A stretch of DNA of 64,000 nt from Syntrophorhabdaceae bacterium (GTDB lineage Bacteria; Desulfobacterota; Syntrophorhabdia; Syntrophorhabdales; Syntrophorhabdaceae), in NCBI GenBank assembly GCA_963665295.1, contig OY762209.1:5248001-5312000 (forward strand), in the 5' to 3' direction. The position numbers and the translations under genes are program-made. Shown here piece by piece: positions 19,941 through 29,935 of this stretch. Each line of letters opens with the position of its first letter. The stretch's first letter is position 1. The notes under the pieces were generated by a model that was not told the origin of the DNA, did not search any database, and saw only the letters and a program-made list of their open reading frames with translations.

Positions 19941-20129
19941 TATAGTGATCATAGATTAACAGAATTGTTATGGCGAGTCAATCACCATGTGACTCCCCTC
20001 CCACGGCCTCAACAGATGTAACGGCTCTGATTTATTCGAACTTCCCCTGCCTGCCCCACGTTGGGACTTCGTTGCCCCTCGCTCATTGCCCATTCGCCTG
20101 GCGACTTTTCCTCCTCCCCGGGCGGTTCC

Positions 20130-20294
20130 CTAGCTCTTCCTCGTGGTCTTGGCGGTAAACATGGTGACGACCTGCTTCACCTTCTCCTTGTTGCACCCGG
20201 GACAGGTTACTTTCGCTTCTTCCCGCTCCGCGATGCTCTGGGTGAGTGAGAACCGGTGACCACACTCCGTGCACTCAAAATCGTATGTCGGCAT
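20130..20294 (-). CDS. FmdB family zinc-ribbon protein (54 aa, missed by the ORF track)
   Basis: MPTYDFECTECGHRF...VTCPGC signature; GGAGGAG RBS. Confidence 0.88.
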   Translation of the reverse strand: MPTYDFECTECGHRFSLTQSIAEREEAKVTCPGCNKEKVKQVVTMFTAKTTRKS

Positions 20295-20406
20295 TCCTCT
20301 CCTCCCTGTTTCCTCGACGGTAGCCCGGCAAGGGGACTTATTAACGACAATCTAGTTACGGGAAACGGGTTGTCAAGGGCATGAAGCGAAAGAATCGGTT
20401 CTTCCC

Positions 20407-21081
20407 TTACCTCGGAACGGACGAGAGCCATTCAAGGGTCTTCTCCACGACCAGGCGGTATATGTCCTCTTCCGTTCTGCCGGAAGACTTCGGCACATGG
20501 AAGGAATGGTCCCCGCCTTCGATCGTATAGAGGTCCCACGGCGTGCGGAGGTTCTTGAGCACCGGCTGAAGTTTGTCGAGCCGGCACAAAGGATCCCTCG
20601 TCCCCGCAAAAAAGAGCATGGGAACCCGTATCCGGTAGAGGCTCGCATCCCGGAGTTTCTCCCGGTCGTCGGCGGGGTGAAGGGGGTATCCCAGGAATAT
20701 GAGACGGTCCGCAGGAAGAAGGCCCTCGGCGGTCATCTCTGCCGCGATCCGGCCGCCCATGGATTTTCCCGCGGCCACCAGAGAGTCCGGGTCAATGGTT
20801 TTCCTCACAAATTGATAGGCCCCTTGCCAGGCGGCAAAAAGGGCTTCTTTCCTGTCAGGAGACTTCCGTCCGCGATCGCTGTAGAGAAAATTGAACCGCA
20901 GCACAGGATATCCCCCGAGGGCGAGCCCGTCGGAGAAGGCCCCGAGAAAAGCCGTATCCATGTCATTCCCCGCACCGTGGGCCACGATAACCGCAGTCCT
21001 TCCCCCATCCTTCGGCGTGGTAAGAATCCCCGAAGTAACTCCATCCCCTACCGGGATCGTCACCCTCTCGCTGTTTATCAT
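20407..21081 (-). CDS. Alpha/beta hydrolase (COG3571/KANSL3-like)
   Basis: AHGAG, GKSMGGR, LGYPLH, GTRD and GDHSF motifs. Confidence 0.88.
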   Translation of the reverse strand: MINSERVTIPVGDGVTSGILTTPKDGGRTAVIVAHGAGNDMDTAFLGAFSDGLALGGYPVLRFNFLYSDRGRKSPDRKEALFAAWQGAYQFVRKTIDPDSLVAAGKSMGGRIAAEMTAEGLLPADRLIFLGYPLHPADDREKLRDASLYRIRVPMLFFAGTRDPLCRLDKLQPVLKNLRTPWDLYTIEGGDHSFHVPKSSGRTEEDIYRLVVEKTLEWLSSVPR

Positions 21082-21341
21082 ATAATCGCCCTCCCTCCTG
21101 ACTCTCCGGTTATAATAGCCACTTTCATTTCTTGTGTCAGCCTTTTTCTTCGTCTCGCTCCTCTGTTCACCTGTTCACTTGGACGGATGGTGGCGAAGGT
21201 TGCCGGGTCTTACACCCTTACCGCACCCGATCGACGCTCTCCTCCCTCACTATAATACTTGTTGATCCCACGGGACGGGTCGCTTAGTATATTAGCGGAG
21301 GGCGAGAGTTTCGCGCCTCAGACTACACTCAAGGAGCTGAC

Positions 21342-21920
21342 ATGATCTCACGGATAGACCATATTGCCTTCGCTGTACGGGATTTCACCAGGGTAGCCGA
21401 TTTCTTCCGCTCCATCCTCGGGGCCGTGCCCGGCACCTCGTCCGTTGACCCTGATCTCAAATATCTTGCCCAGGTCTTTTCCCTGGGCGACCTGACAAGG
21501 ATCGAACTCCTGAACCCCACGGACAAGGGCAGCTTCCTCGATAACTTTCTCGCCCAGCGCCAGGGCGTCCACCATATCTGTCTTGAGACCCCCGACATCC
21601 TCAAGGTGCGGTCCGTCCTCGAGGAACGCGGCATACCCTATTTCGGATTCCACGCATATGCAGGAGGCAGCTGGAAAGAACTCTTCATTCATCCCCGCGA
21701 CGCCTTCGGCATCCTCATTCAGATCGCCGAATTTACCCCCGACGATTTCATCTCCGATAGCCTGAAGCTCAAAGGCGACGCCCGGTGGTCCGCGGAAAAA
21801 TCCCCCACGGGCGTGACCCTCACTTTGAAACACCCCGGAGGCGGCACGGTCCGCGTGGACCTTACGAAGGATGAGGCGGCCGCCCTTCAACGCGACCTCG
21901 GGAAGGCACTCCGGCCCTGA
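21342..21920 (+). CDS. VOC family protein (methylmalonyl-CoA epimerase-like) with a C-terminal extension
   Basis: IDHIAFAV, IELLNP, GVHHIC and FIHP..AFGIL.Q motifs. Confidence 0.8.
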   Translation: MISRIDHIAFAVRDFTRVADFFRSILGAVPGTSSVDPDLKYLAQVFSLGDLTRIELLNPTDKGSFLDNFLAQRQGVHHICLETPDILKVRSVLEERGIPYFGFHAYAGGSWKELFIHPRDAFGILIQIAEFTPDDFISDSLKLKGDARWSAEKSPTGVTLTLKHPGGGTVRVDLTKDEAAALQRDLGKALRP

Positions 21921-22116
21921 TTGCGGGCAGGCCGCAATAAAACCCGGCGTACATTCCGGACCACCCATGGGCGTCACCTATCCGGTCGGCAAAACCATGC
22001 TTTTAAGCCACTGTAATAACACGCCATATCAACTTGTCTCTTAAGTTTTTCCTCCGGCTTTCGATAAAAATCATGTCCCCAAACAAAATCTATTTACCGG
22101 CACAAGGAGGTGCAAA

Positions 22117-22593
22117 GTGAAAAAACGTTCAATCGGTATGGCGGCAGTGGCAGTGGTGGTGGCAGTGGTCATAGGCATATGCGGCGCCTTTGCCGCGGCT
22201 TACGCGGCGCCCGCAGATGAAGCGAAAGCCCTCGCGGAAAAGGCGGCGGCCTTTGCAAAGGCAAACGGAAAGGATAGGGCTCTTGCGGAATTCAATAACC
22301 CCAAAGGACAGTTCGTCAAGGGAGACTTATACATCTTCGCCAATGACTTCAACGGCGTCTGTCTCGCAAACGGCGGAAACCCCAAGCTCGTGGGACAGAA
22401 CCATCTGAGCCTCAAAGACGCAAACGACAAGTACTTCATGAAGGAGTTTATCGAAACAGCGAAGACAAAAGGCAGCGGATGGGTCAATTATTCCTGGACC
22501 CAGCCATCGACCAAGAAAGTCCACGCCAAGGCTACATGGATCCAGCGAGTGGAAGGGGCCGACTATTTCGTAGGCTGCGGCATCTACAAATGA
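22117..22593 (+). CDS. Exported stand-alone single-Cache domain protein
   Basis: Signal peptide; F...DLYIF, LKDANDK.F and GWVNY.W..P..K..K motifs of the sCache_2 type. Confidence 0.85.
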   Translation: MKKRSIGMAAVAVVVAVVIGICGAFAAAYAAPADEAKALAEKAAAFAKANGKDRALAEFNNPKGQFVKGDLYIFANDFNGVCLANGGNPKLVGQNHLSLKDANDKYFMKEFIETAKTKGSGWVNYSWTQPSTKKVHAKATWIQRVEGADYFVGCGIYK

Positions 22594-22644
22594 TCCCGGT
22601 CAGCATGACCCTCTCTCGAAGGGCCCTGCTGTAACGAGCGCACA

Positions 22645-22679
22645 AAAGGGGCATCCCGCAGGGTGCCCCTTTACCTTTT
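22645..22679. terminator. Bidirectional intrinsic terminator
   Basis: AAAGGGGCATCC-CGCA-GGGTGCCCCTTT between convergent genes. Confidence 0.75.
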
Positions 22680-23851
22680 CAGGCTCCCGGTTTTATCATT
22701 TCCAGAAAGGCTTCTATCCTTATTCTCAGCTGTTCCGTGTCGGATTCGGAATAGTCTGTCTCGATCTGCATGAAGGGCGGGTTCTCCCGTGAATGGAGGT
22801 ACTCCCTGAGACCGAAGGATTCCACATTATACGTATGGCAGGCGAGCCACGTGAGGTCGATGATGCCGTCCACGGAAAACTCCCGGGCAAGTTGTTCCAC
22901 CAACTCGAACCTGCCCGTATTCGGGGTCATGCAGGAACACGGCGTCTTGAGGTACTTCGCGGCAATAGCGTGAAGGGGTTCATCGTCCTCGTCCACGGGG
23001 GTCATCTTTTTGTAGCCGGTGCAGTTCTCGAAGCAGACCACGTTCCCGCCGCTGTCTTCTATGATGCGGACCACCTTCTCCGATCCCACACCCACCGGCA
23101 CCCCTGTGAGAAGGATACGGGGAGTCTTTGTAAGGAAAGGTGATTCCCCCTCCTTCACCATGGTGTCGAGCAAGGCGGTAAGGGCGTCGACCATGGCCGT
23201 TGCCTCGGCTTTGTCGAGGTAGAAATTGCTCATATGAAGGACCGTGAGGAGGTTGAGGCCGCTCAAAGGGGCGGGCACCGCCTTGCACGCATCCTGCAAG
23301 GCCTTTCGTGCGCGCCTCTCTTCATTGAGGACCCGTATGGCGCCGCGCAGCTTCTCTTCCGTTATGGTTACGGAAAACTCCTGCTCCAGGCGTTCCTTGA
23401 ATTTCACGATCTCCCCGTGCCAGTAATCGAGGTCCTCCTGCCGGTCCTGGGTCTGGGGGAGTTGAAGGAGGTGCATGGGCTTGCGCCGGCTCAGGAGTTC
23501 ATACATCTTCTTTTTACCGTCGCACGTGGTCTCGCCCACCACCAGATCGGAAAAGAAGAAGTAGGGGCACGTGTCCGTTATGGCGTAGCCATAGCTTGAC
23601 TTGATGAGAGGGCAGATATTCCGGGGCAGAACGCGCTCCGCCGCCTTTATGGGCTGTTGTTTGGTGCCGCACAGGGAAACAGGGATCGCTCCCGCGGCAA
23701 GAATGAGTTCGACAGGCGTGTAGATGCAATAGGTCCCCACGATCTTCCTTCCTTTTTCACTCTCATTCTTCAGGGCTATCACGTTCTTTTCCCGGAGGTC
23801 TTCAAACCGGGACAGGACTTCAGGATCTTCACTCGCCATCAGGGTCCACAT
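22679..23851 (-). CDS. Double-cubane cluster anaerobic reductase / 2-hydroxyacyl-CoA dehydratase family protein
   Basis: GTYC.YTP.E, LPRNICPLIKSSYG...CP, ETTCDGKKK, ENC, PCSC, ACHTY and ETDYS motifs; start may be ATG 23839. Confidence 0.88.
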   Translation of the reverse strand: MWTLMASEDPEVLSRFEDLREKNVIALKNESEKGRKIVGTYCIYTPVELILAAGAIPVSLCGTKQQPIKAAERVLPRNICPLIKSSYGYAITDTCPYFFFSDLVVGETTCDGKKKMYELLSRRKPMHLLQLPQTQDRQEDLDYWHGEIVKFKERLEQEFSVTITEEKLRGAIRVLNEERRARKALQDACKAVPAPLSGLNLLTVLHMSNFYLDKAEATAMVDALTALLDTMVKEGESPFLTKTPRILLTGVPVGVGSEKVVRIIEDSGGNVVCFENCTGYKKMTPVDEDDEPLHAIAAKYLKTPCSCMTPNTGRFELVEQLAREFSVDGIIDLTWLACHTYNVESFGLREYLHSRENPPFMQIETDYSESDTEQLRIRIEAFLEMIKPGA

Positions 23852-24146
23852 CTCCTTTCCTGCGCCACCATCGGCGGAGTCCCGCCCGGACGCTTTTCAA
23901 AAAGCATAGAGACCTTCAAAGAGGGAGTCAAATCGATTTATTCGATATTTAGTATTACTGTTATTCTCTCTTGACATGTTGTAACTTGCGCGGTCCCGGC
24001 AGTTCCCGCCTGTCCGCGGGAAGAGGTGGCTACGGCGGCTGCAATGGCCTTGATTTTTCCCAGGCCCTTCTCTACAATCTTTCATCCGGCTCGGGTATGC
24101 AGATTCCCCGGCCACGTACCCTATCATAATTTTCGAGGAGGTCCCC

Positions 24147-24563
24147 ATGAAGACCCTGCGTGAGATAAGGCTCTCTGCGGAGCTGTTCTCCATTCCCATC
24201 ATTTTCGAATTCGTCTCCTGTCACGCAAAGGCCTGCGGCCTCCGCGAGACACGGACCCGCGAGGCGCTCCGCGCAGTGGAGGAAGCCGTAACGAGCATCA
24301 TCTGTTACGGGTATCACAATGACTACGGCGACGTACGGCTTTTGTGCGAGGAAGACGTCCCCGGAAGGCTGATTATTACCATAGAGGATTTCGCCGGGCC
24401 CTTCGACATCCTGTCCGGAGAGGCTCCCGGCGCACCGGATGCCGGGTCCGGAGAGCAAAGAAAGGCCTCTGCCGCGATAATGAGGAAGATGGCCGACCAT
24501 ATTACGTACGAGCGGCGTGAAGGCTCGAACGTCCTCACCTTCACCATCGAGGAAGCACGGTAA
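24147..24563 (+). CDS. Anti-sigma factor-like (RsbW-type) HATPase protein, degenerate
   Basis: AVEEAVTSII.YGY, IED...PFD and IMRKMADHITYER..GSNVL; the usual N-box Asn and GLG motif are altered. Confidence 0.7.
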   Translation: MKTLREIRLSAELFSIPIIFEFVSCHAKACGLRETRTREALRAVEEAVTSIICYGYHNDYGDVRLLCEEDVPGRLIITIEDFAGPFDILSGEAPGAPDAGSGEQRKASAAIMRKMADHITYERREGSNVLTFTIEEAR

Positions 24564-24644
24564 GGACCAAAGACGGGAAGCTGCGGGGGAACCCTTGCGG
24601 CAGGGATATCCCTCCCCGGGCCGCCCGCGGATAGATCGATAACC

Positions 24645-25295
24645 TTATATATACGAACTAAGCTGAGCCACGGCGTGGGCGAGAGACGGCACGCTCCAAA
24701 GCTCCGCCATGAGGGCGTCGACAACAACCCTGTTCCTTGTGGTTTTCGCCAGTTGGATGTTGAGTGTTTCCGCATCCCGGAGGAGGTCGGCCCGTGTCTC
24801 ATCGTCAAGGGATGTATCATCGAGGATCACGTTGATGATCTGTATGATGATCTGCTTGAGGCCCGCGCTCTGGGAGGAAGCGGTCTCCGCCTTTGCAGGC
24901 CCCGGGGCCGGCGCAACCTGATTCGCCATCTCGGGCGTAAACCGGGCAATCTCCAACTCGGGCTCGCTCAGCCATGACGGATTCTCCTCTTCTTGCACAA
25001 AAGCCTGCGGGTTTTCCTTGTACTTCGCGATGATGCCCGTTTCTCCTCCTCTCTCCACGTAGGACATCCCTTCCATGGTGATAAAGGCGCTGATCTGGCC
25101 GAAAACATCCTGGGAAAGCATCACCATGCCCCCATCCTCGAGGGCCCGAGCCGCCGCCATCAATTGGTCGTGGTCCGTAATACCCGCCCCCGTAGCGAAT
25201 TCGCCCAAAGGAAAGAAAAAGAAACTATGGACTTCGCCCTCGGCCTTGTCGTTAAGGTATGCGAGCAAAAGCTCCGTCAATTCGTCTGTATTCAC
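24645..25295 (-). CDS. Hypothetical protein (possible N-terminal winged helix)
   Basis: 216-aa ORF with AGGAG RBS; FITMEGMSYVE resembles the 'IT.xG..YLE' end of winged-helix domains; helical C-terminal domain. Confidence 0.65.
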   Translation of the reverse strand: MNTDELTELLLAYLNDKAEGEVHSFFFFPLGEFATGAGITDHDQLMAAARALEDGGMVMLSQDVFGQISAFITMEGMSYVERGGETGIIAKYKENPQAFVQEEENPSWLSEPELEIARFTPEMANQVAPAPGPAKAETASSQSAGLKQIIIQIINVILDDTSLDDETRADLLRDAETLNIQLAKTTRNRVVVDALMAELWSVPSLAHAVAQLSSYI

Positions 25296-25425
25296 TCATT
25301 TCTCCTATGGATCTCTTGAAATTTCCGTGCCAACTATTATACCAGATTTTCCATTCCGTATCGAAAAAAAATGAGGTATGGTATTAGGAAGACGGAATGA
25401 TCATTTCAGGAGGAGATCGCCTTTC

Positions 25426-25620
25426 ATGGCAACGGAGAAGTCAAAGATCGATTGTTTCTCGTGCAGGCACTTCTATGTCACCTGGGACGAGAGGCACCCC
25501 AAGGGGTGCCGGGCAATGGGCTTTAAATCCAGGGAGCTTCCCTCGATTGTGGTATACAAAAGCTCCGGAATGGATTGTCTGAAATTCGACCGGAAGGACC
25601 CCGTGAACCGTAAAGGTTGA
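25426..25620 (+). CDS. Small Cys-rich conserved protein (family often mislabelled uracil-DNA glycosylase)
   Basis: CFSCRHFYVTWD...GC.AMGFKS..LPS..V..SSG..C..F pattern; AGGAGG RBS. Confidence 0.7.
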   Translation: MATEKSKIDCFSCRHFYVTWDERHPKGCRAMGFKSRELPSIVVYKSSGMDCLKFDRKDPVNRKG

Positions 25621-25634
25621 CAAGGCCGGGGTTT

Positions 25635-28292
25635 TCACCGTTTTCGGCCCTTCGTGGTCCTGTCGGATCCGAAAAGGCTTTTCATGGTGATAAGAAGGGG
25701 AATGATGAGACTCGCCGCCCCTCCCAGGATGATGAAGGTCTTCTGAAACATACCCGTATCGGCGATCGCCGGGATATCCACGCTCGACAGGGCGGCATTG
25801 AGACCGCGCACCGCGAGAGGGAAAAGAAAGACCCCTGCAATGATCACGATGGACAAGAGGATTATGCTGTTTCGCACGAACTTGAAGCCGTTGAGGAGGA
25901 TCTGCCGCCAGTTCTCCAACCGGCCAAATTCTGCTTCGATCCGGCTCAGATCGAGCTGAAGCTTCTCCCTCGTGAGGATCCGCGCGTTGATCTCCTCGGG
26001 AGAAGAGGGAGGAGGCTCCGCCTCCGCTGCCCGGAGTCTTTCCCGGATCCTGACAAGTCGCTGGGCGTGGGAACCGACGAGCCTGGGGAAGTTGTAGCTC
26101 ACGACAAAAGCCATATCCCTTTCAAGTTGCCGGTTCAAATCCTGAAGGAACTTGCGGACTTCCTTTTGCTGCTCCTGAACTGCGTTGCGGCACATGGCGG
26201 TTATGGCGTTTCCCAGGCGGACCGTATCGAGGCGCGCGAAATAACTGTCCGTGATTCTCAGGTCTTCTATCCGGGACATCAATTCTTCCGCTTCCTCGAG
26301 GTCCTTTTCCCTCAGAATGGCCCGCGTCCTTTCCATCTCCTCCGTTGCCATGAGGGCCGCTTCTTCTGAGGCTTCCTTCGCTTTGACGAAGGCGACTTCC
26401 AGTTGATCCGCCACAACATCCCGGAACGGTGCAAGTTCGGGGTCGATCAGCGCCTGGACGTAGTATTTCCTTTCGTCCGAAACGAGCACGACAAGCCTCT
26501 GGAGGGCGCCCTTTTCATCTTTCTGTCTGAAATGAATTATCATATCCTCATAGATGGCCTCCGCGCACCCCGAGTCCAGGGAGAGAATGCCGCTGATGCT
26601 CCTGTAGGCCGTCGCGTGCTGGCCCAGGAGTTTGTTCAGGCGGAAGAGCAGGAAGTGCACAAATATCTTGCTCCCGTTACCCTTTGCAAACTTGAGGGCC
26701 TTGTTGAAGAAGTACTCGGCTTCCGCCAGATCACCCTTTTCCACGTAAAGATACCCCAACGTGCAGTAGATCCGGTAGTCTTCGGGGTGTCTGATCTGGG
26801 CTTCCTTAAGGAGCGCCGCCGCTCTTGCCGTGTCCGATACGCGGAGGGAATCCTGGGCAAGCCATTGAATCCCACCCTTGTTTTCCCCCATTGCCTCCGC
26901 AGTTCTCCCCCACCTGTTGCCCGACGTGTACCATATTGCCCTGAGGAAACGAAGCTGGTACACCCTGTTCAGTTCATAAAAGGCCTGGAACGCGGGATTA
27001 TCACCCATACCTCCGCCTTCCCGCACTTCCCGGTAGAACTCATCGGGGTCCCTCTTCTCCACCGACAGAAACTCGCTGAAAAGTTCGTTTATGTCTCTCA
27101 TGGATAGATAACCGAGCCTGTCAAGGCCGTGGGTATTGTGGGCCATGTGCTTCGAAGGACACATTCCCGCCTTGTGACGTCTGCTCCCGCAATAAAAACA
27201 GGGTTCTCCCTCTCCCGCGGCAAGGGCCTCCTGGTGGAGGAACCTGACCGCTTCCCCGTCGCGGTTCATGTTGTCAAAGCCGACCTTGTGCCAGGAAGGA
27301 ACGGGCGAAGGTCCGTCCTCAACGGGTATATCCCTCTGGTTTCGGATATGTTTCAAGGCTTCGGGGCTTATGTAGACATCTCCGGGGTTAACCCCCGATA
27401 CGGGGAAGTCGCCGCTTCTTATCGTCAACTCCCCCACCTCCGTGGCCGGATAGATGTGGACGAACGCATGGACAGGGAGAGTCACCCGCTCCCCGTCCGT
27501 TTTGGGGGCGCCTCCAAGATATCTCAAGACAGCGCGCACCACCCGGAGCACGGACCCGCTGTCTCTCAGGGCCAGGGCGAGGCTATTGTCCGGGAGAACC
27601 AGCTTTTCTCCTACCGCCGCACCCCAGAAGCCCATTTCCTCCCTGACCATGGCGTCCCATGTCCGGGGAAAGGAACCGCTGCCGAGGCCCCAGAGGGGAC
27701 GAAAATAAAGTACAACCCCCGTTGCCGGCTTGAAATCCGCCGCCCTGTCCCAGGTAACGCCATAGACCCTTTGATCGTCGGCGGCCCCTGTCTTGTACGG
27801 CAGATTCACAGGTTCAAAGTGTACGTGCGGCATATCACGGACCGCATCACACACCCTCCGCGAAACGGTAATCGAGGGCAACCCTCCCGAACGGGCAAGT
27901 CTCGACGCCATTCCCGCCGTATCATCCGGAGCGTTTCCACCGCTTACGGGATTCCTGCAATCAATGCCCGCCTTCACATTCACCCGGTCACCGTCGCCCG
28001 TCCCCTGATTGGCCGAATTCAACCCGACCTGGATGTTTATGGCGGCCTTTACCGCCTCTTCTCCATCGGAAAACCACGCAAGCACGGAATTGTCGGAAGC
28101 CGAACCGACCCTCCCGCCGAATTCCGCAATAGTCGCGAGGACCGACTCGCTCCGGGCATCGTTCACCGCGGCCGTAATCTCGATGAACAAGGCGACTGCA
28201 TGGTGTGACGAATGGTCGGGTGGACCCGCGACCGGAAGGTTGCCCTCAGGGCCGGGGGAAGGATTCGGAGAGGAAGTAGGGTTCAAACTCAT
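25635..28292 (-). CDS. Membrane-anchored protein with degenerate class III cyclase-like domain, CCHC zinc knuckle and TPRs
   Basis: N-terminal ALFIEI...FGGRV...SDNSVLAWF...AVKAAINIQ...VKAGID; CFYCGSRRHKAGMC; TPR-like YCTLGYLYVEKGDLAEAEYFFNKAL; two C-terminal TM helices. Confidence 0.75.
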   Translation of the reverse strand: MSLNPTSSPNPSPGPEGNLPVAGPPDHSSHHAVALFIEITAAVNDARSESVLATIAEFGGRVGSASDNSVLAWFSDGEEAVKAAINIQVGLNSANQGTGDGDRVNVKAGIDCRNPVSGGNAPDDTAGMASRLARSGGLPSITVSRRVCDAVRDMPHVHFEPVNLPYKTGAADDQRVYGVTWDRAADFKPATGVVLYFRPLWGLGSGSFPRTWDAMVREEMGFWGAAVGEKLVLPDNSLALALRDSGSVLRVVRAVLRYLGGAPKTDGERVTLPVHAFVHIYPATEVGELTIRSGDFPVSGVNPGDVYISPEALKHIRNQRDIPVEDGPSPVPSWHKVGFDNMNRDGEAVRFLHQEALAAGEGEPCFYCGSRRHKAGMCPSKHMAHNTHGLDRLGYLSMRDINELFSEFLSVEKRDPDEFYREVREGGGMGDNPAFQAFYELNRVYQLRFLRAIWYTSGNRWGRTAEAMGENKGGIQWLAQDSLRVSDTARAAALLKEAQIRHPEDYRIYCTLGYLYVEKGDLAEAEYFFNKALKFAKGNGSKIFVHFLLFRLNKLLGQHATAYRSISGILSLDSGCAEAIYEDMIIHFRQKDEKGALQRLVVLVSDERKYYVQALIDPELAPFRDVVADQLEVAFVKAKEASEEAALMATEEMERTRAILREKDLEEAEELMSRIEDLRITDSYFARLDTVRLGNAITAMCRNAVQEQQKEVRKFLQDLNRQLERDMAFVVSYNFPRLVGSHAQRLVRIRERLRAAEAEPPPSSPEEINARILTREKLQLDLSRIEAEFGRLENWRQILLNGFKFVRNSIILLSIVIIAGVFLFPLAVRGLNAALSSVDIPAIADTGMFQKTFIILGGAASLIIPLLITMKSLFGSDRTTKGRKR

Positions 28293-28419
28293 AGCTCTAT
28301 CTATAGTTTGTCGGTTGAATCCTCGTTTTCTTTAGTGATTTTTCCAATAATCCGGCAAAAGCGGGACCACCCTCGAAGGAAGGCGGTACGGGGCGTGGCA
28401 ACAGGAGAAAGGCCCTGGC

Positions 28420-28863
28420 CTATTCTCCGGAATCAGGTCGAAAGGCCCTGGCCTCTTTCTTTCTGGATTGGATATGCTTCAATTCCAGCACCTTTTCTTT
28501 GGCCCTTTTCGATCGCTTTCGCTTCTGCCTCCTGATTCTCTCGATCCGCTGCTGTTCTTCGCTCTCCCTTCCGAGCATGGCGTCCTCGATTTTTTTCACC
28601 AGGATGCGACGGGCGAGGAAACGGTTCAGGGCCTGGGAGCGCTCCCTCTGGCACTTCACCTCAATGCCCGTGGGCGTGTGCTTAAGGTATACGCAGGTTG
28701 AAACCTTGTTGACATTCTGCCCTCCCGGTCCGCCCGAACGGATGAACTGCTCCTCGATATCCGCCTCCCTGATCCCGAGGCGCTTCATCTTTTCCTCAAG
28801 GGCTTTTATCTTCTCTCCGCTTGCCCCGAACCTCGAAGGCTCCATGAGTCGCGTTTCTCTCAC
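28420..28863 (-). CDS. Peptide chain release factor-like ribosome rescue protein (GGQ domain, ArfB/C12orf65-like)
   Basis: [31 protein letters not shown] and a basic C-terminal tail. Confidence 0.88.
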   Translation of the reverse strand: MRETRLMEPSRFGASGEKIKALEEKMKRLGIREADIEEQFIRSGGPGGQNVNKVSTCVYLKHTPTGIEVKCQRERSQALNRFLARRILVKKIEDAMLGRESEEQQRIERIRRQKRKRSKRAKEKVLELKHIQSRKKEARAFRPDSGE

Positions 28864-29603
28864 AAGGACGCCGGAGAAGAGGCCTTGATAAACGCCCGGA
28901 CAGCTTTATTCAGTTGGGCGGGCTTTTCGATCATCATCATATGGCCCGCGCCCTCGATAAGCTCTATCTTCGAACCCTTTATTTTCCCGTTCAGGTACTC
29001 CGAATACTTGGGCGGAGTGAGGAGGTCCGACAGGGCGCAGACGATGAGAGTGGGAACGCTTATGTTCTCCACGGAACCCATCAGATCAAAGCGGTCGCAT
29101 GCGCGGTAATCGTTGTAGATCGTTCCGGCCTCGCACTTCATCATCTCCTTGAAGCCGTTTTCCTTCAGCGCAACAGGTGCGCCTCTCCCATAGGCCAGAT
29201 CCATGATCAACCTGACAGTCTTTTCCTTGTCGTCCATTATACCCTGGAGGAATTCGGGCATTACCCTGAGCCTCGCCCCCGTTCCCACGAGGATGAGCCC
29301 TTTTACCGTCTCCGGATACGCAAGGACGGAAGACATGGCAATGGCCCCGCCCATGGAATGTCCGCCCACAAAGCACTTCTCTATTCCCAGGGACCGGAGG
29401 GTTTCGAATACGGCGTCCCTATATCCTTCGACGCTGTCCGGCGCCGGTCCGGGGGAACCTCCGTGGCCCGGAAGGTCCACGAAAATGACTTCCATGGAAT
29501 CCTGCAGTTCCCTCTGAAAATACCACGAACCGGAACTGCCCCCTGCCCCATGGATAAAAACGCATTGTTCTCCCGACCCGTACCGCTCGACATGTAAAGC
29601 CAT
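28860..29603 (-). CDS. Alpha/beta fold hydrolase
   Basis: HGAGG, DLPGHG, GHSMGG and AGH motifs. Confidence 0.9.
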   Translation of the reverse strand: MALHVERYGSGEQCVFIHGAGGSSGSWYFQRELQDSMEVIFVDLPGHGGSPGPAPDSVEGYRDAVFETLRSLGIEKCFVGGHSMGGAIAMSSVLAYPETVKGLILVGTGARLRVMPEFLQGIMDDKEKTVRLIMDLAYGRGAPVALKENGFKEMMKCEAGTIYNDYRACDRFDLMGSVENISVPTLIVCALSDLLTPPKYSEYLNGKIKGSKIELIEGAGHMMMIEKPAQLNKAVRAFIKASSPASL

Positions 29604-29656
29604 GTTCCCTCCAGAAATGTGTTGAAAAGCCTTAGGTGAAATTATAATATGACGCC

Positions 29657-29935
29657 ATGAGAATTTTTACAATACTCTTTATCGTCCTGGCCCTTGTCTC
29701 GTGCGCAAAGCCCAGAGAAGTCCCCGTGGCCGCGAAGGCGGCCGAGAGTGAGGCTGTCGACGCCCAGTACAAAAAAGAAATGGACGAGATAAAGAAGAGT
29801 CTCAAGGGCGACATAAAGATCAAACTGAAGCGGGACGCCAAAGGTATCTATGTCTGGGAGATCGCGGGAAAGGATGCCCAGGAGATCCTCAGGGCAAATG
29901 ATACCCTGAGAAAGAAACTCGGCGATGCCCAGTGA
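29657..29935 (+). CDS. Hypothetical lipoprotein
   Basis: Lipobox LVSC after a hydrophobic stretch. Confidence 0.7.
   Translation: MRIFTILFIVLALVSCAKPREVPVAAKAAESEAVDAQYKKEMDEIKKSLKGDIKIKLKRDAKGIYVWEIAGKDAQEILRANDTLRKKLGDAQ

Noticed and set aside
22138..22170. GCAGTG/GTG short tandem repeats
   Set aside because: They encode the Ala/Val-rich signal peptide and are not a contingency locus.
25318..25334. Sigma54 promoter TTGGCACGGAAATTTCA (minus strand)
   Set aside because: The conserved GC at -12 reads TC, so support is insufficient.
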